Shown here in pieces: positions 14,174-27,454 of a DNA stretch of 64,000 nt. The position numbers were made by a program, and so were the translations under genes. The notes beneath the pieces are model-generated. The model did not search any database. It saw only the letters and a program-made list of their open reading frames with translations, and was not told where the DNA came from. Origin of the DNA: Chrysomallon squamiferum (lineage: Eukaryota > Animalia > Mollusca); assembly GCA_012295275.1 (NCBI GenBank), contig CM022670.1, forward strand, positions 4,774,001 through 4,838,000. The letters are read 5' to 3'. Position 1 is the stretch's first letter; each line of letters begins with the position of its first letter.

Positions 14174-15806
14174 TTCATTTACATTCTGTTGTTCCAATAT
14201 AGACAGTACTTAGCAATTTTCCTGTCAAAAATCTCTTTCCATTTCTCATTCTTTCTTTCTTTCTGGCTGTATCTTTCTGTTTTTCTTTCTACCCATATCT
14301 GTTAATCTCTTTCTCTCAAGATGTTTCTCTCCTGTCCTTTCCTAACTTTCTCAGTCTCTCAACAGTAACTATTCATTCTATACTCTAGAAAACAAGTAAC
14401 CATTTTCTTGCTGTTTCTGAGTGCAGAAAGTTGTATTAGACATTTTTCTCAGTGTGTAATTAAGAACTGTCATTTTGGAATTACCCACTTTGTCATGTGG
14501 CTGTTCTTGTAATGAAAAAAGAGAAAAAAGAGAAAAAAAAAGTAAAAAGAGAAAAAAGACAGCCTGCAGTCTCTGACAGTTCTGACTATTCTCCGACATT
14601 TTATATCTTGTCTGTTTTTGTGTGCTCGTTTTTCTCACTCTTTTTATTTTAATTTTAAAATTTTTGTTTTCATGACTGTTAAAAAAGCCACACAACTGGT
14701 GTGTTTATACATTTCTCACATTACATCTTCTCTCTCATATCAGTTTTTGTTAAAATTTTATGTTTATGGGTTTTTTATGTTTTGTTTTTCTTTCTTCTTT
14801 TTTTTCAGCTTTTACGGCCGTTTTTTTTTTTCTTATTTCTTCCTTTTTTGTTTTTCTTTTCATCCTTTCTTCATCCGGGTTTCTGAAGGCATTTTTTTGT
14901 TTCTTTTATTTTCCTTTTTTTTTAGTAGTAATTTGTTTTCTTGCAGACAACATAATTTGTACAAAGAGTCATGAAAACATGTTACATATCTGGTAATTTT
15001 TTATTTTTTTTATTTTTTATTTTGTCTTTTGTGCAGCTGAATATTGGAACTGCTATATACTCATGTATCACATAAGTGGTGTGTATGTATATATGTGTGT
15101 GTGAATTTTATGCATGTCTCTCCATATATCTATATATGTGAATGTGTCTTTACATCTGTAAACATGCATGTTGCACGTCTTTATATAATAATTGCATGTG
15201 TGTATAATGCCCACAGTCAAATGATTACATAACTGGTTTTATAAAGTATGTATATGGTCATAACAATTGCTTGTATATCTTGTTCTGAAGAGAAATCTGG
15301 CATCACAAGCATGTCCGAACCAATACAAATTACAACCCATATTACCATTACACCATTTGCATATTACAAATATATTTAATATTATAAAAGGTTCCATGAA
15401 TGGAAAAGATTACATGTAAGGCATACTCTAACCTTAATGAATAAATATAAGCATATTACCATACATCACCACTTTGCAGTCTAGCCTGAGGGTGATATTA
15501 TGATGGCCACAAGCTATACTGCTTAGAGATAAAGTCGTTTTTTTCTCTGTGTCTGGGAAACCTGACAAAAGCCAGTGGAAACAAAGCTTTGTACAAAAGT
15601 GTGGTGTGCTCTGCAGCTTGCTGGGCTGTTTGTGGATCAGTCACAGCTGGCTGGTAATCCACCATACAAATATATCACTCACACAGTTTAGCACAAATTA
15701 GCTTAAATGTAAATCACGTGAACAGCATGTGTGCGTCTGCGAGTCCCAGGTTTGTTCGTCTGTGGTGGAGGAATGAAGTGATTAATTTAAATTTAAAAAT
15801 CAACTT

Positions 15807-15839
<33 letters not shown>

Positions 15840-16014
15840 CACAAAAACATATAAAAGACAACAATTAGAACAAAATATATAAACTCTCCAAAATAATAAT
15901 AAAAATGATTTGTAATACTAATAGATAATATTAATGGACAGATACATTTCAGAATTAACTAGATTATGAATTTTTTTGATATCTTGAAACAGACTGATAC
16001 AATTACTTTTATTA

Positions 16015-16063
<49 letters not shown>

Positions 16064-16319
16064 CATCATCTTCATCATTATTGTCACCACATAGTCAGTA
16101 TCGTTGGTATCTTCAATATTATTATTATTACTTTTTATTATTAATAATAATAATAACTGCTTACAAGCCCATAATCATAATTAAATACAAATATTTGTAT
16201 ATAAAAACAAAAACTAATACATGTACATAAAACTACATATACAAACATAAATGATTTAAAAGAATAAAACACTAATAATAAAAACATACTCTATAACCTT
16301 CACAAAAAAAAAAAAATCT

Positions 16320-16560
16320 TACGGATAATGAACACTTAAATCTCAAATGCTAATCCTATTAACAGGATAATCTGTCTTCATAATCTGTTTTACATAATCC
16401 ACACAATACAGCAATCAACCATTTACCTGCTCAGAGATTTTGTTGTACATTTTCCATCTTACCTGAAAATTTCCACCTGGGTTTAACAAGCTTTGATTAA
16501 CATTTTCAAGTGGGCGGGGCTGACTTGGCACTTGTAAGTCGAGGATTTGGGTGAGGGATC
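16320..16560 (+). promoter_or_regulatory. Putative proximal promoter of protocadherin A
   Basis: GC box AAGTGGGCGGGGC at 16508-16520, about 0.8 kb upstream of the ATG, preceded by clustered TAATCC/TAATCT sites; the same 10-mer lies upstream of gene B. Confidence 0.55.
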
Positions 16561-17321
16561 ACTTCGCTGGGTCTGTTCCATAAAGAAGGAGGCTGACAGA
16601 GAGAGCCGAATTTGCTCAACGTCTTAGTTTTTGGATTTCTCTGTTTTCTGTGTGTTTAAAGGATATTCTGAGATTTGAACATGTGACTGTGGGAAAGACA
16701 GTCAACATTATTACAGGCACTGTGTGTAATCTCTTGTGATGATTTGGGATTTGTTACAGTAAGGAGTTTATTGATGAAGATGATTTCAGAATCAAAGTAT
16801 TTGTTGTGTAAAAAAGAATGATTGAAAAGAACAAAATAATAATAAAAATAATTAATAAATAAATTAACACTAATTTGATGTGAAAAGAAGTGCAAAGTTG
16901 AAAAATATCAATTTATTTTTAAAATAATAAAACAAGTAAGGATTAATGTGAAAAGAACAAATTTAAGAAAAAGTGTCTGGTGTTCTGTTCAAAAAGTTGA
17001 AAAACAAAATAATAAGAAATTGTGAATATATTGATAAGCTGAAAACAGAAAATATATGTGATTCATATATATATATATATATATAGATATAATATTATTA
17101 TCATTACAGCAGTACTTAACAACACATTTAGTGACAAAGAGAGATTTATCTCAAGAGAACACAAATAAGAAATTAACACATCAGAGGTCGAAGAAAGAAG
17201 CTATCAGAACACAGAAATAAAACAACTCAAGCAAAATCAGTATAACCAAGAAACACAAAAATCTGACCTCTAAAAACTACCATAAACAACATTACACTGA
17301 GAAATCAAAACCTAGAAAAAT

Positions 17322-19871
17322 ATGGAAAGATTCTCCTTTCAGATTATTTTATTACTGATAAGTTTACAGTGCAAAGCAGCACTTGCCAAAGACATTGTAT
17401 ACACTGTGAAAGAAGAACAACCAATCAAAACTCTAGTAGGCAGTGTTGGAGAAGATCTTCAGGCAGCTGATATCCTTGGTTCAGAAACTGCTAGCACTCT
17501 CAGTTACAGCATCTTAACAGCTGGGAACCCGAATGCCAAATTCTTCAGCATCAGTTCCACTGAGGGTCAACTCCGAATAGCCAACAGAATAGACAGAGAA
17601 TTTCTCTGCCCTTTTAGACTGGTCTGTGACCTCATTTTACAAATAGCTGTGCATTCTGATGCAACAGTCTACAGTTTCAAGGTGAAGGTCATTGTTGAAG
17701 ACACAAACGATAATGAGCCAGTGTTTGCTAACAAATCAATCTCATTAGAGATTCTGGAATCATCTCCTGTTGGATCTTCGTTTTCTTTCACTGGTGCTGT
17801 GGACAGAGATATTAAAGAAAACTCTTTACACAGTTATGAAATTCTTCCTAAGGGTGCTCCTTTCAGAGCTGAGTTCAATAAAAATCTTGACGGAAGTTCA
17901 ACAGTTATTATTTCTGTGACAGAAGAGTTAGACAGAGAAGTTCTGGCAGAATATGCTCTGACTCTACTGGCCAAGGACAATGGTGTTCCTCAAAGAAGTG
18001 GAACTGCACAACTAAAGGTGACAATTCTTGATGTTAATGACAATGCACCTCAGTTTGCTTATTCAGTCTACAATGCAACAATCAGTGAAAACACAGCATT
18101 AAACATTGCATTCATTCGAGTCTGGGCAAAAGATGTTGACAAAGGAATCAATGGACAGCTTTTCTACAAACTCAGCAATCATCAGGAAAGAGAGATTATG
18201 GAGTATTTTGCAATCAATGGGAGATCTGGAGATGTATCAATAAAACAGTCACTGCCCAGTGGGTTTAGACGTATCATTGTGGAAGCCATTGATCGTGGGA
18301 CACCTTCCAAGTCTTCCCAGACTTTTGTAGATATCACCATCCTAGACACCATCAACCAGCATCCTTCCATCACAGTTAATTTATTTAATGAAATAGGGAT
18401 CGCTCATATTTCTGAATATAAAAAGGTTGGTTACCCATTTGCTCATGTGAAAGTGAAAGATTCTGACACAGGACTCAATGGTGATGTTCGATGCTACTGT
18501 CCAATTGTCAGTTTTGATTTAAAAGAGTTGGGGGATAATGAGTACAAAGTGATTGTAGCCAAATCATTGAATAGGGAGGAGACTTCACATTACCAAATCG
18601 AGATACTGTGTGAGGATTCTGGAGATCCCAAGTTGACAGCCACTGCCAGCATTGAAGTGGAAATCACTGATGAGAATGACATTGTGCCAAAGTTTGATAA
18701 AAACACATATTTCCTGAGCATACTGGAGAACACTGAGGTTGAAGGGGTTGGCATTCAAGTTTCAGCTGTTGATACAGATTTGGCTGAAAATGCTTATATT
18801 ACTTACAGATTATCTGCCAGTGCTTTGCCTTACTTTAAAATCCTTCCAGGCTCATCTGTAATAAGACCCATTCATCCATTTGACAGAGAAGAAAAATCGC
18901 AGTACAATTTTCAAGTATATGCTGTAGATGGAGGCTTGCCTAAAAATACAGGTACAGCTGAAGTCACTGTTACCATCACAGACACCAATGATGAACATCC
19001 AGTTTTCAATGCAACTTCATACGTCTTCTACATCAACGAAAATGTCCCTTCCAGGACTGTTGTGGGTTTTGTCTCGGTGACTGACAAAGATTCAGGATTT
19101 GGTGGGGTGGTATCTCTTCAGCTGTGGCCTTCAGAAACTGAGAAAGATTTTCCTTTCTTTATTAGACAGGATGGAACTCTGATGGTGATGGCTAATATTG
19201 ATGCTGAAAGACAGAACAGATACAACTTCAAAGTGATAGCCACAGACCAAGGAGAAGAAGCACTAAGTAACATGGCTGATATTACTGTCAACATTATTGA
19301 TGTAAATGATAACAAGCCAGTCTTTGACTTTCCAAAAAGACTAAATCGTTCAGTAACTGTCTACACACAACAGACTGCTGGTTCTCAGGTATCAAAGATC
19401 CTAGCTCATGATCCTGACGTCAACGACGGCTCCAAACTTTTATTTTCCATGTTTGACAGAAACATGTCTTCTTTGTTCCAAATTAATAAAACGACCGGAC
19501 GTTTGTATCTTTTAAGAAATATTGACACTGACAATATTGGATATTATGAGTTGATGATAAAGGTAATGGATGATCAGCCGAATCCTTATTATGAAACAGA
19601 AATATTGGAAGTTTTTATTAAATTCAAAATGGTGGGCTTCACAAACTACAGGAGTGAAGAGTACATTCTCATAGTTGCCTCCCTTGTTTGTCTGACATTA
19701 GTGGTGGCAGCAGTGGTCCTAGGAGTCCTGTGCTTCTTGTGGAAGAGGGACCAGGACAATGACAAGGACCAGGTCTTGTCACAGAGCTCAGGAAGTCTAG
19801 GAATTCATAATCTGGGGATGGATGTGGACACTTCGAAAAGCGAAGTAAATCTGGAGGAAACTCTTGACAGG
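17322..19871 (+). CDS. Protocadherin A (7-EC, delta1-like), coding exon 1: signal peptide, EC1-EC7, TM helix, proximal tail
   Basis: Hydrophobic signal peptide; cadherin motifs IDRE/LDRE/FDRE and linkers DTNDNEP, DVNDNAP, DENDIVP, DTNDEHP, DVNDNKP; EC1 Cys pair LCPFRLVC; TM ILIVASLVCLTLVVAAVVLGVLC. Phase-0 donor AGG|GTAATG after 19871 matches the donor position in the paralog (LDR| vs LDK|). Confidence 0.96.
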
Positions 19872-20184
19872 GTAATGTTTTATTTTGTGATGATGTTATG
19901 CTGTAGCTGTTTTTCATGTCTGAATTTATCACCTCTTGTTGTTTGCTAGATCTAAATATCCTCACTTGTATTTATTTTTATAATCCTAAAATAATGTTTT
20001 CAGAAATGTAATGCCTTTAAAACATAAAATATGAACCTTCTTTGTAGCAATATATATTAATCAGATTATAATTATTATTATTATTAGCAGTAATAGTAGT
20101 AGTAGTAGTAGTAGTAATATTATTGTTGTTATTATTATCATAATCATCACCATCATTATTATTATCATTGTTATTGTTGTTGTA

Positions 20185-20244
<60 letters not shown>

Positions 20245-22138
20245 AAGTGCATTTAAATGAAAAAGCTTTAATTCAAAGTTGCTTTTACATAAAATATATC
20301 TTTTCCACCTATTAATTTCTTGGCCCATGGCTATGTGAATAATTTGTATCCACATTAATTCAAACACCTGAAGCTACTGGGTTCAAATTAGGTACACTTT
20401 GCTTTGTGAATATTAAGTGAAATTAATACGAAAATATAGATTTTACAACAACAACAGTTTTCATATTCATTTAATCAATATTTTTCTTAACTATCTGTTT
20501 TGTTATAATAATTAATTCATCAATGATAATAATTTGTTATTGATGATGGTAATAAACGGCGTATCTGGGTTAAGAAAATATTAATGTTTTATGTAATCAG
20601 TCGTATTCATGCAGGGTTTTATATGAAACCACCACGAGAATCTGAACTCATGTTCTGTTTTTTATATAAATGAACGAATAAATGAATGAATGAATGAATG
20701 AATGAATGAATGAACGAAAGACTGAATAAATGTATGAATGAATATTCTGTAATAATAGCATACATTAATATCTATTAATGATAACACTAGAGATGAAACC
20801 CGCTACTCACACTTCGGACGCTACTATTGTATCTTAACATGAACTTTACTTAGCCAGAAAAACATACCTGGGGCCAGTACACCAAGTACCGTCTAGAATT
20901 TGAAAAAAAAAACCCTAAAGAATACTGATTCTGTAACCTGTACTAGTATAGGCAAACTCTCAATTACAGAGCATTTAACTACAGACATTTAGATGTCTCT
21001 TTATAAAGCAAAAAATAAATAGAAAGATTAAGGAGGAAATCACAACAAACAAAAGAAAAGCGGGTGAGTTTCCGAGATCTGGTTATCACGCTGTGGTTTG
21101 ATAAATCTTACTAGTTAAAAATACTTTTTGCTGGCAGCGTGTTCCTGTGTGACTCTGTGAACTGTGTCTGTGTTTTTGTTTCTGTATTGCTGGTATAGAG
21201 ATGTACATGTAAATAGTCTTTTTAATACAAAATGATACAACCAAGATTTTCCAAAAAAAATTTAGTCATTTTTATATCATTTATTTATTTATTATTGTTG
21301 TTGTTGTTGTTGTTGAGTTTTGGAGTTTGGCTTTGATTTCTTTGAGGTTTTTAAATTTAAAATTGTTTAATGAGAAAGGTTTTTCTTTTGTTCATTATAA
21401 TGTTATTTATTTTGTTTATTTTATTTATTTATTTTAAATTTAAAATTTTCTTATTTTCTTAACTGTTTCTTTTTTCTTTTTCATTATTTCACTTATTTTT
21501 TTTTTAAATTACTTTTTAAAGTATTCATTTTAATCTAATTTTTTTCATATTAGTTTTATAAATTGGGTACTGTCTTTTATTAACTAGTTATTATAAACTT
21601 TATATATTATGTAATTATTTTATAATATCTTTGTCTTTCAAACTGTTTGTTGATCTTTCTACATTCTCTCAACACAGACACACTGAACTGTAAAGTTACT
21701 TTTACATTCTGCATGCTGAAGTTAGGACTTCGCCTCTGTACTCAGATTCCTAGTGATGTTTACCAGCAACTAACTTCAGTCCCCAGTGTCACACAGCTCT
21801 CTCCCCACCCTCAACCATTGATCTGTAAAAAAACAAACATTTCCACACCATGAACATTCTGTGTTTAAAATATTTTTCTATAGAATTGTATTTTCTTCTT
21901 CTATTCAGGTGACAGTGAATTTTTTTAGATATTTATTTTTATTTATAAATTCTATTTTGATTATACCAGTTCTTAGCATGTTTCCATCAAAGTACATTTC
22001 AAACTATAAATAGATTTCTATTATTAATATGGTAATAATTATTATTTTATTTTATTTTTCAATCCACATTCATTGAGTTCATGTTAAAAACAAAGATTAC
22101 TAATATTAATATTCACTCTTTATTCTTGCCCCGTACAG

Positions 22139-22351
22139 TCATTCTGCAATGACAGTTTTGAAGAGAAGGCGATGTTCCGGGTGACAATGTCAGACACTTT
22201 GGAGGGGACAGCAACAGCAGACAGGGCACATCAGAAACTGAACCAGCTGGCATCGTTTCGACTGCACGAGGCTCTGCGCAGGCGAATGAACTCAGACACA
22301 CCCGAGGTACACGATACAACCCCCAGAGCAGGAAATGACTCAAACAGAAAG
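22139..22351 (+). CDS. Protocadherin A coding exon 2 (cytoplasmic, 71 aa)
   Basis: Acceptor ctctttattcttgccccgtacag|TCA and donor AAG|GTAACA; 213 nt, phase 0-0. Encodes SFCNDSFEEK...ADRAHQKLNQLASFRLHEAL, homologous to 46287-46493. Confidence 0.9.
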
Positions 22352-23935
22352 GTAACACACACTGTGAAACAGTTTACTTTCTGGTTTGGAATTCTAATTT
22401 AAATTAGAATGTTGCTTTTATTTTCCTCTATGTTGCTTTGTTTGTATTTTCAGAACTGTTGGGCAGTATTAGTATGTGATTATTATTAACATTTTGAGAT
22501 TTAATTACATTTTCTTTTCATTTTCTTTTTTTCTAATTTTTTTTTTTTTTTTTAATTATTATTATTAATTTTTTTTTTTATTATTTATTTATTATTTTTT
22601 ATAATTCTTAAATTAAAAAAAAAAATGTATTACTATTTTTTCTGTTTGTTTAGAAAGAATTCTAAAATTTATGTGGTAGGGTGAAAAATGATAAGAATTA
22701 CCTAATAACAGAATAAAATATTTTACAGTGAATGAAGAACATGAAATAGAATAAAATATGGATAAAATAAAACTAGAAAATATTAAAAATAATAATTAAA
22801 TTTGTAATGTGCTGTATTTTGTACCATATAAATATTATTGTAAAGTTTTTTAAATGAGAGAGAGAGAGAGAGAGATGTATAATTATCAAAAATAACTGTA
22901 ATAGTTGCGACTATATTGGGTTTCTTTACTCAGTCCGTGTAGGTTTTTGTATTAGGGTGAGACAGACTAAGAAATAGTACAGAAGAGAAAATGGAAGCAA
23001 AGAAAGAGGCAGACAGAGGTACTGATATTTAAATTAAAATAAAATAAAGTCATGGAGCAACTGATAGATAGTGAGAGAACAAGAAAGAAGTAGGATGTGA
23101 AATTATATACGTTTAATTTGCACATTCAGCTGATTTATTTGTTTCATTTTCTTCCTATTCTGTCAAGTTTTAGCACACCAGGTTAATTGTGAGGTCACCT
23201 AACTAATTTACTTCTCTGTCACCTGAAATTTAACCTCGCTGAATGTTGGGAGCTGCCTACCACCATGAATCAACCAGTCAAATGTTTTGTTTAAAAATTC
23301 TACAGAGTATTTATTACCTGGCCATTTCTACCTGCTCGTTAAAAACTTTCTGTAACACCTGGACAATAAAATACATAGCTTAACACCTTGTGGTTTTAGG
23401 TTACCAAAGTGTTACTACTTGTTTTCAATTTGGCATAAAAGTTTATTCAGGCTACTAAAGAAAGAAGGATAGAAAGGATAGAAGGAAGTGCAGGAAGGAA
23501 GAGAGAAAGAAGAATGAATGAAATAATGAAATGATAGAAAAATACAGAATGAAAAAGTAGAAGAAAATGATAGAAAAAGAAAAAGAACAAAAGACAGTGA
23601 AAGAAAGCATGAAAGAAGGAAAATGAAAAAAAAAGAAGAAAAATCATGCTAAAGTAAAAACCACTGATATTCTGAAATGTATTACTTTAATTAACTTATA
23701 TTGTATTCTAGGAACTGGGAAAAGAAATTTGTTTATGTGTACAGTGCAATTTAAGACTAACCTGCATAAAAAACATACAACATATCTGAACAGGATTATA
23801 TTCTACAAATGTTTGTCATTCTTCTTAAGACAAACAATAGAAACATAAGAACTAAATGTTAAAGTAGTGGAAGTTTATATTTTAAAGGCACAAAAAATTG
23901 ACATCATATACTCTCTCTCTCTCTCAAAAAATTGA

Positions 23936-24065
<130 letters not shown>

Positions 24066-26187
24066 TCAGTATAAATCTGTAATATGAAATTACCAAATGT
24101 AAAACAAATCCTGACATGCATAAACAAAACATTTTATTTAAAAAAACTAAATTGTTTAAATTTCAGATTTATTTAAACCAAAAATAACTGTATCTATTAA
24201 TTGTTTCAAAGATTATAATAATTTCAAATTCTCTAGTTATTTGACAAAGAAAACTAATGGAGTTTGAAACAAACATACATATCTAAAGTGTGTAAACTAA
24301 ATTACATTGTGTAATAAAATATATTTTAATTCACAAAATGAAAGAAAAATTCTTTCAACAAACCCAGCAGATACAGTGAATGAGAAAACACTGATATAAA
24401 TTTACTTTTAAATGGAAATGTCAACATGGTGAAAAAGAAAATGTTTATTGTTAATTAATAGGAGTAGCCTGTCAAATAAACTATTAGGAAAATGTTTGTT
24501 ATTAATTAGTAGGAGTGGCTGGTAGTCAGTGGGGGTAGAACGTTAAATAAAGTGTCTGTATATTGCAGTGTATCATATTACTTACAGGTAGTCAGTGGGA
24601 GGAACCCTTTCAGTAAAACATGTATATCTTATTACCAATTGGTAGGAGTAGAACACGGAATAATGTTTACAGATGTTATGCAGTAATTAGTAGGAGTAAC
24701 CCAAGAAATGGAATTCTAGGATATTTTGTTTTCACATTATTAGGATATATTTTTTACTAACAAATAGGTGTAAATATCCACTGAATCTTTAAAATTTTTG
24801 CTGATTTCGAATAAGGCTTTTGTATATTTTCTTTTATTTCATTGCTTCACTTTTTCATTTGTTTATTCATTAACTCCCTCATTCATTCACTCATTCATTC
24901 ATATAAAAAAAAATCTTGTTTTAAAGTCAATAAAAGAATAATTAAATTCTGTATAGACAGATACCAACCTCCTTTTCTTCTTTTCCCTTTCACCTCTTGT
25001 GAAATAATGTGAACTAAAACAGACACAAGGAGGGGGGGTATCTTCAACCCTGGTTTCTGACCACTGACAGAAGAATTTCAGGGGAGCAATGAAGCCACAG
25101 GTAGCAACCATAAACTAGAAACAGTCAACTAGAAACCAAACCAAACCCAGAGACTGCTGCAGTAAACTTGAACCATAAATGAGAACCACACACTCAATAC
25201 GGACACTAGCACTGTAGACGAGAACTGAAATGACATCCATAAACAAGAAAAGGATTCTTTATAAGCATTCATTTTTAACCTGTAACCATGCACAAGCATC
25301 AGCCTCTGAACATGTCACAAGACATTTAACATGACGAGTTATAAAGAAACATAAAACCAATGTGGAAAAAAACATTTGGCAAGATGGGTAAAATTCCTTT
25401 ATCATGGTTTCTGTCTGAGCTTGTCTGGGTTATTGTGGTAATGAAAAATATAAAATAAGTAATGTAAAAATGAAGAGGAAGAAAAAAGATGTGTGTTATG
25501 ATGTGTTGTTACTAAGATTTTTGTTATAAAGTATTGTGTTTGTCTTGTTTGAATGTTACAGATTTGTGTAGTAAAGGAGAATGGTTGTGTAAAGATTATG
25601 TTTATTTTAATTATGTCTGTTATTATTATTTTTTTATTTTTGTTTTGTGTTTTTTGTATTTTGTTGTTATTGATATTATTATTATTATTATTAGTAGTAT
25701 TATTATTATTATTATTGATCTGTATTTTGTTTATTATTATCATTATTATTATCATCTCACCATCTTTATCATCATCACCGTTTTTGTTACATCATTATAT
25801 CCAAAGTTACCTAATGTCTGGCATTTTGATAAAACAGCTAAAAAGGATATAATCTGAGGGAAAAATCTACTTCATTTTTCACAAAGACAACCTGGAAATT
25901 AAAACATTTGTTAAGAATACTTGCAATGCCACACTGCCATCATTATTTTGTTCTTGTTGGAAACATTATTTTTAAAATAATAAAATGCATGATATTTCAT
26001 AAATAAATTAAAACCAAACAAAACAATTATAAAAAATAAATTAAAAAATAATAATAATAATAATAATAAAAAAAATTAAATAAACAAAATAATTATAAAA
26101 AAAAAAAAAAAAATAATAAAAATAATAATAATTAAAAAAATAAAATAAACAACAAAACATTTCCTAAAATTACTTTCTTTCTTGCAG

Positions 26188-26889
26188 CATGACAACTTCC
26201 ATGAGGTCTCAAAATGGGTTCAGCATGGATTTCGCAGCAGCAGCATGGAGAACATCCACATTCACTACAGCGACTACAACAACGACGATGTTTTCCCACC
26301 TGTCACCACCACGTACCCACACAGAATAAAACTGGGAGTGAGGGACATAAGACGCGCACCTTTGGTTCCAGCCCAAAGTGAGCACTTCTTCACCCAAACC
26401 CTTCCGTTTGACCGGCAGAGCAGAGGTCGGAAACAGATGTCCCACAATGCCAAGAACAAGTCCATGGACCCAATCAGCAGGTGTGTGCCCTTCAGTGTAG
26501 AAAACGGACCTCAGTCGATGCACAGAACAGAATCAGTAGAAAGTGATTTAGAAAATTTTGAAGACTTGAAGACAACGTTCCCAATAAGTCTGTCGTCTTC
26601 GTCATTTCGGATGATGTCATCAGCTTCGTTTCCAATGACCGACGAGCCCGAAGGTGCCATGGTTACCAACTTGACTCTTTTCACAAAGCCCATTGTTCCG
26701 CGGCTGAAGCTGGAACAGCTGGATGTTACCATGACAACCGAAAGTGAGGCACCGCCCTCTTATCGCTCCACAGTTCCCAGTTCCATCCTGAGCACCACCA
26801 CATCAGGCAGTTACAGCATTTCACTGGAAGACATCAAGCCCAGCATTTCAGACATTGTGTTTGCCAGGGTCACTGATGTCTACGTGTAA
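26188..26889 (+). CDS. Protocadherin A terminal coding exon (cytoplasmic, 233 aa + stop)
   Basis: Acceptor tactttctttcttgcag|CAT, in frame. Shares RIKLGV, CxPxSxxNGP, PPSY, TTSGSYS and VTDVYV-stop with the gene B terminal exon. Confidence 0.9.
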   Translation, partial: HDNFHEVSKWVQHGFRSSSMENIHIHYSDYNNDDVFPPVTTTYPHRIKLGVRDIRRAPLVPAQSEHFFTQTLPFDRQSRGRKQMSHNAKNKSMDPISRCVPFSVENGPQSMHRTESVESDLENFEDLKTTFPISLSSSSFRMMSSASFPMTDEPEGAMVTNLTLFTKPIVPRLKLEQLDVTMTTESEAPPSYRSTVPSSILSTTTSGSYSISLEDIKPSISDIVFARVTDVYV

Positions 26890-27411
26890 CTGACTGCCAC
26901 CTTTATAGCAGGCTGAAAGCCCTCTTCATGAAACATAAGAACACAGGATCAAAACTCCTTCATGGACAGTTTCTTGTTCTGAGCTTGTCCAAATAAATAA
27001 CACTGACCTGAGATATTTTAGAACAGAGGATCATTTCACCTAAGCAGACTGTTTCAGATTCCAGACAGGTTTCATAAACCACAACTGATTTAACAAAAGC
27101 AAGTGTTTTCCTGTCTATGGGAAGGTTTATATAAACAATATCTTGCTGGCAAGTGATAAGAGTAACCCATGTGTGACAGCAGTGAGTTTCTCTTTACATC
27201 ATTGTTATGATAATAATTCATGAACAAATAATAGCTGTCATTATTTAAATTGTTGAACATTTTATTATGCAAATATTTATTCCTTCTTTCTGTAAGAGTA
27301 ACCCTTTTATTCTTAAAACACATATTTCTTCTCATTACCTGAATGGGCAAAAAGATTTGTTTTTCTTTCTGTAAAACATTTTTTCCCATTATCTGAATGG
27401 GTAAAATATAC

Positions 27412-27454
<43 letters not shown>

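Noticed and set aside
18182-19965. Antisense ORFs within protocadherin exons (also 26209-26732 and 50434-51388)
   Set aside because: Shadow ORFs of real coding sequence.
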